Below the pieces are notes generated by a model. It was not told the DNA's origin. It saw only the letters and a program-made list of their open reading frames with translations, and did not search any database. DNA of 55,378 bases from Octopus sinensis. Lineage: Eukaryota. Below are positions 11,554 through 25,100 of the stretch, piece by piece (position 1 is the stretch's first letter; the number at the start of each line of letters is the position of its first letter). Both the position numbers and the translations under genes were made by a program. The stretch lies in contig NW_021833761.1 of assembly GCF_006345805.1 (NCBI RefSeq), positions 1 to 55,378 on the forward strand, read 5' to 3'.

Positions 11554-12475
11554 GTTAGGGTTATGGAGTTCTCTGCTAAATTCTCTTTGAGTCTCCTATC
11601 CCACCATGCCATAAATAGGTTAGCCACATCGCCAGCGATAATGACACCGATGGCTGCAGCTTCCTTTTGTATATCTTCTTATTGAACTTAAATATGTGGC
11701 CCTTGAGTGTGATCTTGGCACTCACGTCCGCCGCATGTGCGACCATCTTTTTAAGCTGATCATCGTTTTTCGGGGTTCGTATAACTCTGGTCCATCCGTT
11801 CCATCTCTCTACAGGAGTCTTCTTATCCATAGAAATTATAGTAGGGGTGTCTGCCTCTTACCAATCTAGTGGGGTAGAAACAACTAAATTTATGTTAATC
11901 TAAGAAACCATTGTCACATGTTAGTCTTAAGAGGAGGCCCAGTTCTTCTGTGTGAAGACCACGAAACTCCACATCGCTCTCACTGATCACCTCCACACAT
12001 TTCTTCACAGCAAAATTAACATCAATGGATGGATATGAGGATACTACGTCTATATTTCCTAATATGCATCCCGTCAGGTCATAAGCATGGTTGCAATCAT
12101 TGATTCTGCTGAGATCCTTTGTGCTGTCACACACATCCGGGGACATTATGATCATAGAGAGGAAGCATGAGATCTGGTAGCTGTTGGCAACATTGGCTCC
12201 GCAGACCGGTCTCGCTGGTGGTCCTGTTACTGGGTCAGTAGTTGCCTTATGGTCCTTGAGGAGCCTTTACAGTGCCTTAGGAAAATCTACAAGAACGCAG
12301 CCATTGCAACAATACCAAGTTCAATATTCTTATAGCAGACTTGGTAAGAGTGATGAGGAAAGTGTGTCGCATGTGCGATGCAGCACTTCATCCATCGCAT
12401 GCAGTTTTCTGGCTACAATGAAAGGGACAGGACTAGAGCGTACAAATGAGCCAGGGTTAAGTACAAAGCCATCAT
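11550..12475 (-). pseudogene. Penelope-like reverse transcriptase, N-terminal half (inverted segment)
   Basis: LKDHK..GPPARPVCGA; NIDVVSSYPSID; HIFKFNKKIY..AAIGVIIAGDVANLFMAWWD (PLE RT motifs), with stops and frameshifts. Confidence 0.88.
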
Positions 12476-12477
12476 AG

Positions 12478-13115
12478 AAAGTGATGTTAAGGGGATCTGT
12501 CCGCTATACAGGAGTAAATCTTGGAACAGCACAGAAAAGACCAGAAAAAAAGATAGATAAGGCTACTCATGGTATGACAACAAATAATACCGGAGTGTCA
12601 TGTTCGTTGATGCTACCCCTGGCAGCGAACTAGCATCCCTTTTTAGAAAAACATCGGTTAAGGCCAATCTACGGATTAAAGTAGTAGAAAGGCCTGATGT
12701 CCCTATAAAATCCCTGATCTCTAGAACCTATGCCTTAGATAGGCTCCCGTGTACAGAGAACAATTGCACTATATGTAGGATGAACCGACATGTTAACTGT
12801 AAGGTTAGAAATATAGTGTAGAGCTTACGATGTACTAAAGGGCGGTGTAGAAACATGACAACTACCTACATTCAAGAGACAGCACGCAGCATAGGAGAGC
12901 GTATAAGTGAACACTGGAGAGAGTTCAAGGAAGAGAAAGGCTCGTCAGTGCTCTACTAACATGCTCAAGCAAAACATAGAGGCTCAGTCAATAGCATAGA
13001 GCTTAAAGTATTATCAATGCATGGAAGTGACACGACACTTAGACAGATCACAGAGGCTAAATACATAGCAACAAATAGGCCGAGCCCCAACAGAGAACAC
13101 GAATGGAAGAGTAAC
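12478..13115 (+). pseudogene. Penelope-like (Neptune-type) thumb/linker, Cys cluster and GIY-YIG endonuclease
   Basis: PLYRSKSW..VMFVDATPGSELA..IKVVE..CTENNCTIC..CKVRNIV*..YIQETARSIGERISEH..LRQITEAKYI..P.PN. Confidence 0.9.
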
Positions 13116-13835
13116 AACCACCACAACAACACACAACATGACGACTAAAGAATGGAGAGAGAAAAAAAACGGATACAAACAGCTTAATACGCATACAATA
13201 GATATATATGCACATACCTATGATAAATACAAAAAAAATTGGAGACATAAAAAGACTGTATACAGGGCAGGGAGGCAAACAGAGGAAGCGAACCCATATA
13301 CACACACGAACATACGTACGGTAACTTCACAAACGGCCGCAACAATATCAACAACATGACTAACAACAATTACAACAACAACAGTTACCACGATGGCAGC
13401 AGTGTGGGCGAACACACAAACACAGTGAGTTACAAGAATGGTACAAAAAGTCGGGTTCAAGGGTAGCAGCAGCGCAACGGGGTAGGTGACGGGGTTGAGC
13501 AGGAGGTCATAGTGTTACTAAGAACAATCACACAGACACATTTATACACACACACAAACACAGACACGTACGCATATAGGGATAAACATCATGGAAGAAC
13601 AGAATGGAATAAGCAAAGCAAAAGTACACACGAAGACGGAAAGTTTTGCTGAGATGTCAAAGATGTGCGACGAAAGATTTCCGGGCAATGGATAGGAGTT
13701 AGAATAAGAACAGTAATAAACGTGTTAAGAACGAGTATATAGTGCGTGTGTTTATTTGGTAAAAAAAATACCCTCCCCAAATACAGCAATATTTGCTTCA
13801 ACGCGATTTCACACCAGCAATCTTGCAACACAAAT
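13116..13835 (+). mobile_element. PLE 3' non-coding terminus with degenerate hammerhead
   Basis: A/C-rich UTR; CTGA-GAT-GTC..GAC-GAAAG at 13649-13676; AATAAA; ends at a (TA)n array. Confidence 0.6.
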
Positions 13836-13881
13836 TCATAAACGTATATACATACATACATACATATATATATATACATAC

Positions 13882-13994
<113 letters not shown>

Positions 13995-14146
13995 ATATAC
14001 ATACATATACGTTTGTGTGTTTCGATAAACTTCAATACATATCGTTGGTACACATCTTAGTTTTACCATACAAATGAATGCTTCATTACAACTTGTGTGT
14101 GTGTCCGTACCTATGAGTAATCCGTATGTATATGTGACTGCATATA

Positions 14147-14580
14147 CGAGGTCTCATCAATAAGTATCCAGACTGTTGCCATACTAACAAATCGAAAGTA
14201 CACAGAGTAAAGCTGCTTGGTAAAAATTGACCTTGAACTTTGCTGTGCATTTGTACTAAGTTTTAACATTCTAGCTCACTTCGTCTGTCTACAGCAGTGC
14301 TTGGAAGGAAGATGTATAATGTGTGATCACCGCTGAAAGTAGTTTTGGCACAAACTTGGCAGACACGCATCTCATACCCAAATCTTTAGTGATAATGGAC
14401 TGAACTGAACCGTAACTAATCTGCACATCCTCTGATAACTCACGGATGGTGATTCGACGATTTCCCCCACAGCTGCACGCATATCAGGTATCGCCAAGCT
14501 TTTGACAAAATTTGATGCAGATTCTCTGCTCAACCTTCCTTGTCATGTCCAATGCCATGATCACACGCTACGCTCATAAT
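14147..14580 (-). mobile_element. Non-autonomous mariner relic
   Basis: Minus strand NRRITIRELSEDVQISYGSVQSIITKDLGMRCVSAKFVPK (HTH plus WVPK-like linker); TA-CGAGG terminus at 14145-14151. Confidence 0.8.
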
Positions 14581-14989
14581 ACTTGTTCGGGAGCTCTTCC
14601 CCTAATCTGTTCAGTGCAAATGTGATTCGTTCTTTCTTTACTTTAAAGTAAGCGTAGGCTTTGTAATACGACCCTGCACTCGAAAGCTATCTGGACTGAA
14701 CTTATAACTCTACCTACATCCGTTTAACATAGATTCTATCCGTGTCATTGTTGATATGAAAGTTGTCAGTAGTTGTCACTATCTTTCTAGTCCTGATGTC
14801 CAAGTTGCTTCGAGAGTCCAATCCAGTATCTCTAATTTTGGTTCTAGCTTTGACACTGCGAAATGGTTTTATTGAATGAGACAGCTCTGAATATATCTTT
14901 CAAAATCTGCTGAAGTATCGAGGGTACTGAAGATAATGTTGCATTTTATGTAATAAGTTCAAATCAGCATAAAACCTATCGCCAATATA

Positions 14990-15850
14990 TTGATTCATCT
15001 AAAAGATAGTCGGCATCGTTAGCAATTACATTTTCTCACCTCGAAATCAGTTTTCTGATTGCTATAGAGGAAAAAATCAGGTTCATTAGAACAGAAAAAA
15101 AGTATTTGGAGAGCCTGCATCTGAATGCCTTTCCCCGTTAGTAAAGTGTTCAAGTGATCTCTGAGTATGGGAAAATCTTATGGTGGTAGAAAATATGATG
15201 GTGTGAGATCTGGTGAGCAGGGATGGTGAGGTAGAGCTTCCCAGCTAAATTAATTAATATTGTCTTGGGTTATCTTCGCTGGTTATGGCCTTGCATTGCC
15301 ATATGTTATAATGAGGTGTCCACTTCCCTTCTCTTACACTCTGGCAATTTTCTTGAGATGATCTTGCAGTGTACCAAAATGTATTAAGCCTCCGGTATAT
15401 GTCCCGGATAGTTTGATACGGATCCTCTTCAATTGCTCTTTTCACTGCGTCATTACTGAAAACAGTTGATCTTCCTGATCAATACCCATCAAGAAATTCA
15501 AGTCACCATTTTTGTATTTATTAAACTACTTTTGGCACTTCCGAATGCACACCATCAGTTTATGCATCTCAAATGTCTTCACTTGCACATGTCCTTACGA
15601 AATCCGTAAAGCATGCAATACTGAGTACGCAGCTCGCGAAACTCTTTGTATTTCATAAGCTATCAGACAGAGCATATACAGACAGCGTGTGTGTTCTTTC
15701 ACATTTTGATCATTAATTCTAAGCTAATTTGTTGGTTGAAAGTACACCATTTATTGATCTGTAAACTATTTGTAATATGATGCCATACTATTTGCTTGAA
15801 AATACGATATTACTTTTCCGTAACGCAAATATTTTCTTTTGCCACTCTAA
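14990..15850 (-). mobile_element. Degenerate mariner transposon
   Basis: GRSTV..AIEEDPYQTIRDI.., GKWTPH and HPCSPDLTP (YSPDLAP-like) on the minus strand. Confidence 0.75.
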
Positions 15851-15854
15851 CGTT

Positions 15855-17580
15855 AATCATTGTAGCGACATAGGCAATATTATCATCAATTTCGAGGTAT
15901 TTGTGGCATTCATCATTTCAGAGAAAGGAGATGGACAGGCTAGTGGTCGACAATCTTTCATTATTTTGCTACCGAAAATTTATCTTGGTGAAACCCCATT
16001 CGTATGTTCCGTGAGGATATCGTACAAGTTCTAACAGCGACTTGGTGTTGAGGATATTACTCAAATAAACTTTAAATCATCAAGAAAAATAGTGAGACGC
16101 TTTATTTTTTTCTCTTCACTGTTGATCCTCTTATGTAATCTTTTTACTTCCTTAACAAGGCTGACAAAGTGTTCACTGCTAGAACGAAAAGCATTATAGA
16201 TAAGCTGACACCCTGAAACATTCTTGATGATAGCCTAATTCTCCTAATGATTATTAGTAATAGTTTCAGTTCTGTTTTCCCTGTGGATCATGTTGTCTTT
16301 TAATTACACCAGCTATTCTAGTTGGAATGTTAAGCAAGTGTAGTGAATCAAGTATCCATGAATGAGAAATAGAGTTGAATGCTTCTTATAGTCAAGCCAT
16401 GCAGTCAACAAACCTCGGTGCTGTTTTGGTTCCTTAAGGACATCTTTGTTGATGAATTACTATTCGGCACTTCTCCAGATTCCTTTCTTTCCTCCGGCTT
16501 GCTCATAAGTCATCCGATTGTGCGTTTTGCAATCATTTTGAAGGAAAATTCAAGCAGCTTGTATATAGCTTATGTACAACATTTAAGCATTCTCCAGACT
16601 TGATGCTATTAGCTACATGCTTCTCCCAGTTTTTAGCTACGAGCAATGTACTTGCAAATATCGACCAGACTGACACATCAAGTTCTTGTTCATTTGAACA
16701 GGTTGACGAGTGCTCTCATGTAGTGTGAGCTTTCTATACCATTAACCGGCTATTAGGTCCTTCCAAGTTTTCAAGTATTTGGCACAACTGTCAAGAGAGT
16801 TCCACTGGTGATATATGTTTTAGGAGAAATGTTTACACAATACTCACAATGTAGCGCATCTAAACATTGTATCACAGTTATGTTGTTTGTTTAAATACTA
16901 GATCCTTTCTAAAAGTTAATTTAGATCATGCATAGGGGGAACTTTTCCTACATTGATGGTATGGTCTTTCATGTTGCGATATGCTGCTTGTAGATATAAT
17001 TTCTTATGATATCGAAGGTTTTCACTTTCGACTGTCAGTTCACGTTTAAGGGCAATTAGCTTACCTGTTAGTGTCTCGTGACAGCCGTCCTTGAGGACCT
17101 TAGATAATCTATAATGAAATACCTTTGCACTTAATGGTAGTATTTAATTATCCAGTATTTTTCCTGAGTCTCTTACTGTTACGATAGATTGCAATAATTC
17201 CCATCTGCTGGTGAATGGTAATTGCCACACAGTACAGAAAGACATTCAATGTCTAAAAGTTGGGAGCTTTAATCAGTGTTAGATGTTCCTTAGCAATTTG
17301 ATGGATCACGGATAACACCAAGATGATAGCGTTCCTATCGATACGTGTCATAAGCGTTCTTTCATGTAGTTGTTTGTAAATGGTGCAATTTTGTTTGAAT
17401 TTTGCACTTAGCTGCATTTCGAGTTGCTCATAATCTTCCATAATTTTTGTTTGTTCGTTATCAGCAGCCACCTGTTCGTGTAGTGGCTCGTTCAAATTTT
17501 TGTTTAATGTGCGATTTTGACAGACAATAAGAAGCGCTGCACATATTTTGTCATTTACCGCATTTATTCGAGAACTCAAT
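15855..17580 (-). pseudogene. Highly degenerate non-LTR retrotransposon RT (R4/RLE-type)
   Basis: Minus strand GKDLIAG*WYRKL (about 16730-16765), RMFQGVSLSIMLFVLAVNTLSALL (about 16150-16225), VSLFFLDDLKF (about 16065-16100). Confidence 0.78.
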
Positions 17581-19620
17581 GGAAAAAGTGATCATTAAAG
17601 GATGTTGATAAAAAAAAACTAGGATAAAGTGATACAAATATACCCAAATTTTCATTATGGATTTTAAAAAATATAGTGCCTGATGTTTTACTTATAGAAT
17701 ATTCTATAAAAATTCTGATTTTCATTGAAGTCCCGAGTTTCCTTCTAATAAACAGCATGGTAGCTTTTTTTAATTCCTTAACAATCATAACGAATGCAGT
17801 TAGATTTAGGATTTATTTTAGAAGCTCGATAAATATTGAACAAATTTACGAAGTTTAAAAAATATACAGTTTAGAAGCATATCCAACCTGGCTTTAAATA
17901 AAGAAGACTTTAGTTTATTTTTTATTCCAGGAAGGAAAACAAACTAACATTTACTAAAATATGAAACTGAAAGGAAGTTTGACTTAAATTATTGTATGCT
18001 TAGTGAATGACTATTTTTCTACTAAATAATCTGAAAGATATTTTGTATAACAATCTTGAAGTAGAAGGAATTAATAATAATCCACTCCAATGAAGAGTAT
18101 GAAAACATTTCAAGTATAAACTTATATACATTCTGCTATAAGTATTATACACTTTTTTAAGTTCATTCCATTAAAATCGACTTAACCTCGCGACTTCCTA
18201 TGATTGACAAATTTCTGTTTACATGCGACATATCTTCGGAATAAATTTTATAATATCCGTAGCTATTTTCGTTTAATACTTAATAAGTTGGCGATTCTAC
18301 AGTTGTAGAAGTTGACAAGTGTAAAGTTGTGTGAGAATATTTACCAACGAAGAGTAAGTGCAAACATGATTTCTGTACTTATGTCCCGGGGCAAAAGTTA
18401 TAAGTATCAACAGCACATTAAGGACAGACCTATCCTCAGCATAAAGCAAAGCAATATTGCAATCAAGTTATCGATAGCTTTCTAGACATGCTTTCCTACA
18501 CATGTTGCATTTTCCAACCTCTGGAGAGATTCTTTGTCTTCTAAATATACAGACAAGTTCAACCAATCAAAGTTTTACAGATTATTATCTATATATATAA
18601 AACTGTATGGTATGTGTATTCATCATGCAAAATCTTCCCTTAAGTCACATTCCTTTCATCCCTATTCTGTCTCCCAACAACCCAGTCTTTTCCCTTCTCA
18701 TGCATATACATGTGTGCATCTGTGTCTGTTTCTGTGTGTCTGCGCGTGTTTGTTTGTATATCGTCTGTCAGTGATATTTGCCTCTCGCATAGTCGTTTAA
18801 GCACTAAACGTATGTACAGCACTAGTAATGGTGTTGGGTTAAGTGCCGGCACCACTCGGAAATAATGATCGCCGTTGCTTGGCCTTCTACGCATTTCTGC
18901 AACGGCACTTGCCCCAACATCATCACTAGCACAGTTATACATTACTACAGATTACACTCAACTAGACGCAGACTATTGTCTCTTCCGAGGTCGTCATACT
19001 TAAGGAACTTAAAACAGAAGTAAATTACTTAAAACGAACTAAAAGGGCTTGTAACTTTTCCAGCACAACATCACGCCCTCAGAACTCACTTTTCCTTAGG
19101 GAGAGAAAGGTTCATAAATGCAACATGAGGAGGAACTTTAAAAACAATATATGAGTCCTACTGTCAATGGGTTCATGACTTGAATTAACCATCACCGACA
19201 TACTCCTCCGAATCCCTTAAAAGAGAAACGCCACTTTACTGTCCGGCTGCTGTAGAACTCTCAAGAAGACCATAACCTAGTGTTATTTAAGATAGATTAT
19301 AATTATCAAATTCCTACTATATCATGGAAACCTCAAACCCTGCAATTTTACGTACAGTTGAAAGCATCCCTATCCTATTCGCCCGTGAACCAGTACTCAG
19401 AAAAATAATCTGAACTCATTCGAACCTCATCCACATACTCATACACACACCACAACGCACACTCTATCATCGTTCACTAAAACACACAACGGATGCACAT
19501 CATCCTGTCTGTAGTTATCTTAAAGCTTCCTGCAAACACAGAAAAACGTACTTACCGATCCACATGATCTACTGGCCCCGCAATAACATGCATACATACA
19601 TACATACATACATACATACA

Positions 19621-19653
<33 letters not shown>

Positions 19654-19703
19654 GTGTGTGTGCGTGCGCGCGTGTGTGGAAGTAAATAACTATATAAATT
19701 GAA

Positions 19704-19772
<69 letters not shown>
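19704..19772. repeat. (AAT)n microsatellite
   Basis: Direct reading. Confidence 0.97.
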
Positions 19773-19774
<2 letters not shown>

Positions 19775-20004
19775 GTAGGTGTAAACACATGAACAAAATA
19801 AAAATAAACAAAAACAAATTACACGAACGTATATAAACAGAAGATACAAATATTACAGGCACTCCCCACCCACACACACACTAACATAGACACACACAGA
19901 GGTATACGCATGCGCAAATGAAGACACATACAATAGGAATACAAAATACGAAATGGGTGATCGTTAGTAAGGAGAGACACACAAATAAGAAAGAAGAAAG
20001 TAAA

Positions 20005-20050
20005 GGACCACTGATGAGGTCACAGGAGTGTGACGAAAGAACTCTGGCCG
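20005..20050 (+). ncRNA. Minimal type I hammerhead motif
   Basis: CCA-CTGATGA-G-GTCAC-AGGAGT-GTGAC-GAAA-GAAC-TC-TGG; perfect core, 5-bp stem II, CUC triplet. Confidence 0.72.
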
Positions 20051-20489
20051 AAATGATATTAAGATTAAAGTAAAAAATAAATAACGCTGAAGCAAAGTAA
20101 CGTCAAATATATAGTGCGCGTGTTTTTATTGGCTAAACTGGCAAAATGACCATTCCTAAATACAACAATATATATATACATACATATATATATATATATG
20201 TATGTTATATATAAGGAGGACTGCAAGATGACACATTCTAAGGTATGTTTTGAGAGGAAAGTATATATTAAGTTGTGCATAAGGGGCATAGATAGAATGA
20301 AATATCTCTAGGAAATGGAAATTAGGTAGAATTATGTTCACTTAAAACATTACAATCCGGCACGCTTTGAACATGATCGAGATACAAGTACAACTAGTCA
20401 CTCTTAAATCATGGTCGAAAAAGTGTGCAAGGATCTTTCGTTAGTATGTTCCCTTGAAGTATTGAGTTTACTTGGGAAGATAATTAGCC

Positions 20490-22155
20490 AGTGTTTCCCA
20501 CACTTTTTTCCCAATTGTCACCTTAAATACTAAAATGCTTAACGCTGCCCCTCCCTAGTTTTAGACTTATAAAGGTACAATTTTATTAATGTGACTAAAA
20601 AGGAATAATTATGAGAGCACATATTATTAATTAATATGATTAAAATAAGAATAATTAAAATAGCACAGATCATTTATTAATGCGATCCCTGTGGCTGATG
20701 ATCTGCAGCAAGTTTTGCAATATTTGTTTCCAAATTTGATAAAAGAAGTCGTAAATCATCGCGCTTGACTACTTCCATTCGGCTTCTATTTTTGCTCAAA
20801 ATTTGATTTACATCGCTAATACCTTTTTCAACTCAGATAGGAGAATGGAAAAGCAATAAAAAGTATTTTGGCTTCCTTCCACAATATCGAATACTTCAAA
20901 CTACATTGCAGCCACATTTCACACAAATTTTGATTTTCAAAAATCAACTTTTCTTTTTCATCTTTTTGTAAATCAATGATTGTTTCATGTAATTCAATTT
21001 TTTGTTTTATTTTCCATAAAATCAAGGTTTGTTTACCCAGTCAGAAATCTCCTGTTTAATCAAATCATTAAATTTTGTCTCAAAATTATCTTTCAATTAT
21101 TGTAGATGTTCAAAATCGGTCTTCAGATATCTTTTGTAAATACTTTTGTGAAGCTTTCGTCTGCTAAGGTTTCACGCATACAATTAATTTTTAAGTTGAT
21201 GACTGCATTTTTTGCGTATATTATATCGAATTTGGTTCCTTGCCATAAATATAAACCCAGTCTCATCTCCACGAATAAAGCCAATACCATTTGCTAGTTG
21301 GTCATCAAGATGTATGTATAAGTAAAATTAATAGCAGGCTTCTTTTGACAGTCATAGAAGTTTAGTATTGAGAATTAGTATTTTAAAATTTTCTCTGCAC
21401 AGTCTAATGTTTAAGGGACCGAATTTTGATTTGTTAACAACTAATATTAGTAAAGCTAAACTTAGAGGCAGTTGCTCACTAAGGTTGACGAATTACACAG
21501 TGAGCTGGGAATGGAGTTGTGAATACTTTAGACATATTTAGATGTCTTTCAAATGTCACCTTCATCATGTGTAACTATGATACGTATATCATATGAATTC
21601 TTTTCTAGGTGCTCTGCCAAAAGTGCTCTTTTCGACACGATGGTTTTAAAGAAAGACACACAAGCCACTTATCAGTTGAAGTTAGATTGGCAAATTCAAA
21701 CTGCTGGTTGTTTACATTGCTGAACTTTGACTTATATTTCACTGGGGAAGGAAGAGTTTTTTTTAGTTTTTGTTCGTTGGATGCATTTTTTCTTTATTTT
21801 TTCCATTGATAGAAATACTTGAACAACTGTCGTCAATTTTCTGCGTAAGAAATATCGAAAGTTTAATAGCAAAAGTTTTTTGAGCCACGAATATCACAAA
21901 AACGAAATAGTTAATTACTAAAACTTTAAAATTTTCATGAAATAAGTTCAACTAAAAAAACAAAATTCGTAGTTTTAACTATTTGTACAAAACATGAATA
22001 AATACAAAGTTTAAAATAATTTCTTTGCTAAAAATAAAAATAAAAATATTTTTTCATTGGTGAAGAATATTTATGCCCACGCTCATCCATAGCAACATTC
22101 GCCAACGGTAAAAATCATCGAAAAAGCACGCAGATCCTCCGCTTAAAAGAAACTA
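20490..22155 (-). mobile_element. hAT (Charlie/Buster-like) transposon relic, internally deleted
   Basis: WLQ..KYSILWKEAKILFIAFPFSYL.EKG.S..DLRLLL..HQPQGSH* dimerisation-domain end; CAGTGTTTCCCA terminus at 20490; right end uncertain. Confidence 0.82.
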
Positions 22156-25100
22156 CACTTTTTTTACGTTCTAGTCAAAACAAGAAAATAACTGAGATTC
22201 AGATATTTTTTAAATTTCGTATTTTAAAAACATGATGTCGAAGATGTTTTTTAAGAACAAACAAAAGAAGAATACATTGCTAGACGTAAAGAATGTGTGA
22301 GGATACATTACTACAGAAAGAGTTAAAAACCTACTCCAACACGTTTTAATCGGTGAAAGAGAACTCGTATTTTAAGTACGTTCAAAATGAAGATATTTTC
22401 TCGAAAATTTTAGCCGTAGTACTATGTTCTTCAAAACCTGCTTCAGAATAAACTTTACTTATTGTGAAAAAATTGTGTTCCTTGACAGAGTGATTAAGGA
22501 GTGGGCACACGAAATGGATGAACGACAGTGGTTGCTGACATCAGAAATTCGAACTTTAAATGCTTAATTCCACGAGTGGATTTTTCTAAAAATTACTTGG
22601 TTCAAGACGCATGGTGGTTTACTCACTGGTGACTGACTGAGTTATCGTCTAAGAACTGAGATTTTGAGATTTTAGAACAGAAGAATATGCGGACAAAATT
22701 TGGTGGTTCCTTGAATGATCAGTCAACCGGTAATGATCTGTCAACTGGTAGAGATCAAAACCTTGCTAGATTACAATTTATTTTAGTACATACCTATTAA
22801 ATCGAATCGCGAAATTCCCTAATTGAAATTAAAGGCATCGAGAAAAACTTAATTCTTGTGTGAAAATATTTTCCTACGCTGACGCGCCAAGACACTTTAA
22901 TTGTAAAACATACACCACCACGCTGAGAAGCATGTCAGAGATATGCCAAAAGTACTCATATTTTAATGCATGGAATGTACACTGGTATTATTATCACTTG
23001 GGGCATCCGTGTATTTTTAAACCAAATATTTTTAAAGTAAAAAAAATTTAACCAAATCAAATTTGGCAGTATAGTGTGTTTCGCCTTTATCGTTACTTTA
23101 CTGATGATGATATACACATTTATTCACCGCCATCGCCACTGCCTATAATATAATTTTGCTCACTGCCTTCCTCATAACACCAAATGTGAAATCCCAAGGG
23201 ATGGTGGTGGCTCCGTTAGGAAATACTACTCTAAGAGGTCGTTCGACAAGCTAGTTATAGTAACTAAGTCACATCCCAATTACTTAAAAACGGAAAGATG
23301 CATTGGATAAATCTATAACTGGTTGTGTTATGAACGAAAATTTGACACGATGGTCATGGATAGAACACATTTGATCTTCATCGTGCTTGATTTGGAGCTA
23401 ACAACAATTGAGTTGATTTTTTTTCATTTCTAGATATTTTCATTTAGCGATGTTTACGCAAATCTAGATTGAACACTAAAATGAATTATAATTAAACAGA
23501 ATATTGAAAGTGGGTAGCAGACAGCATTTTGATTCAAAATATGTAATTTATTGTTTTCATACTTAACATTTGCTACCAAATATCTTGAATATTTTCTATC
23601 AACAGAAGTACAATAGCAGAGAAATAGAAGTGAATCATAAGCAGAATGTAATAAAATTCAAAGGGCCTATAGAATATCATAGAATGAAACATAATCACCT
23701 TATCGAGGCTGCAGTTAACACTACCCAATTCCTCATGGACCCAACAAGTAAAGAAAAAATAAATTAAGGGATGAAATGTGTCCTAAGTTTTATCTCAATT
23801 TCATGGAGTAGCTTTTGTTTTGACTTTCTTTATTCTGAGAATTTATATATTTAAAGCGTTTGTGTTTAGGTTTTCTTCTTGTTGTTGTTTGTATTTTTTT
23901 ACCCTTGTTTGATTTGTTTTTTGTTTGTTTTTTTCTTCCTTATCTAATATCATGTGGTGCTTTCAGAGCGAATGAAATTCTACTTTTCCTGAATATCAAA
24001 AATAACGGATGCATTTATCTATGCAGTAACCACTAGAGTGAAACATTGTTATATGTGTCACGTTTAACCATTTCTGTTGTATTATTTTTTTTTTATATTT
24101 TTCTTTTGCATAATAATATAATGTATATCTTTGCTACTCCGATTTTCTGCCCCAGTGAGGAAAGCTGTTTCCTCTCAAGGGAATTCGTATTCTTTTATAA
24201 TATAAGGTTTTTTACGTCTACCCTTAAAGTAAACATAAACTGGTGTTTAGATAGATTACAAATTTGTGTTGTTCCTCCTAACGCCAAACGTTGTTAAATC
24301 GTGCTTATAAAGAGTGAAATTGTATATGATAAATCAGATGTGTAGCCTCATAGGGAAGTATATAAGTATATATCTTTTGTTGCGTATGCTTAAATATATA
24401 GATAGTTTCCACTTTATAATATCATACATGAAATTGTGAGAACATGCAATATACTGCTGCACGCAACTGATAAATAGATTTAATATACTGATTAAGAGCG
24501 ACACTGAATAGTTGATTTAAATAAGCGCTTTTTATAGAGAAATGATCTGAGCATATGTTCAGTAGTATTAAAGAATTTTGAAGAATCTGAGGCTCCCTTA
24601 ATAGGATTAACAAATGGCTATGCAACCTCACAGGGAAAATATGAAAGTTTAACAACTGGAACGACCGAAGAACAATACACGGTCAACAACCCAATATCAA
24701 CGTATAAGATTGTCGAGACGTCATTAGCGAGAGTGATGAATAGAACGTATTTCAAATAAAGACGTAATTCTAAATACTAACATAAAACAAAAGATCGAAA
24801 AATTGAATGTCTCTTTAGTAAACTGTGTTTATATTCGACAAAAGAAAAATTATAAGTAGGGAATTTTTAAAGAAATTTTAGCCATTCTGCAAAGAGATGA
24901 ATTGGTGAGAGGTTAATGGCTTCAGCACAAATTCGATTTCCAGCAAAATCCTTTTTTTTTTTGTCTAATACCAATGTGTTTTAGATGGACATAAACGATA
25001 GACAAGGATATACAGTAACAATAGATAAACGATGTGAACTGGAGGCAAGTCTCGCCCGCAAACTATTTTCTATTTCCATTTCTAAGGAACGCTTATTTTT

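Larger units (their letters stand above)
18830..20168 (+). mobile_element. Degenerate, internally deleted Penelope-like element with 3' terminal region
   Basis: GIY-YIG C-terminal-like LRTVESIPI..EPVL (about 19350-19400), C/A-rich UTR, hammerhead at 20005-20050, 3' end motif shared with 13735-13790, ends in (TA)n. Confidence 0.6.
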
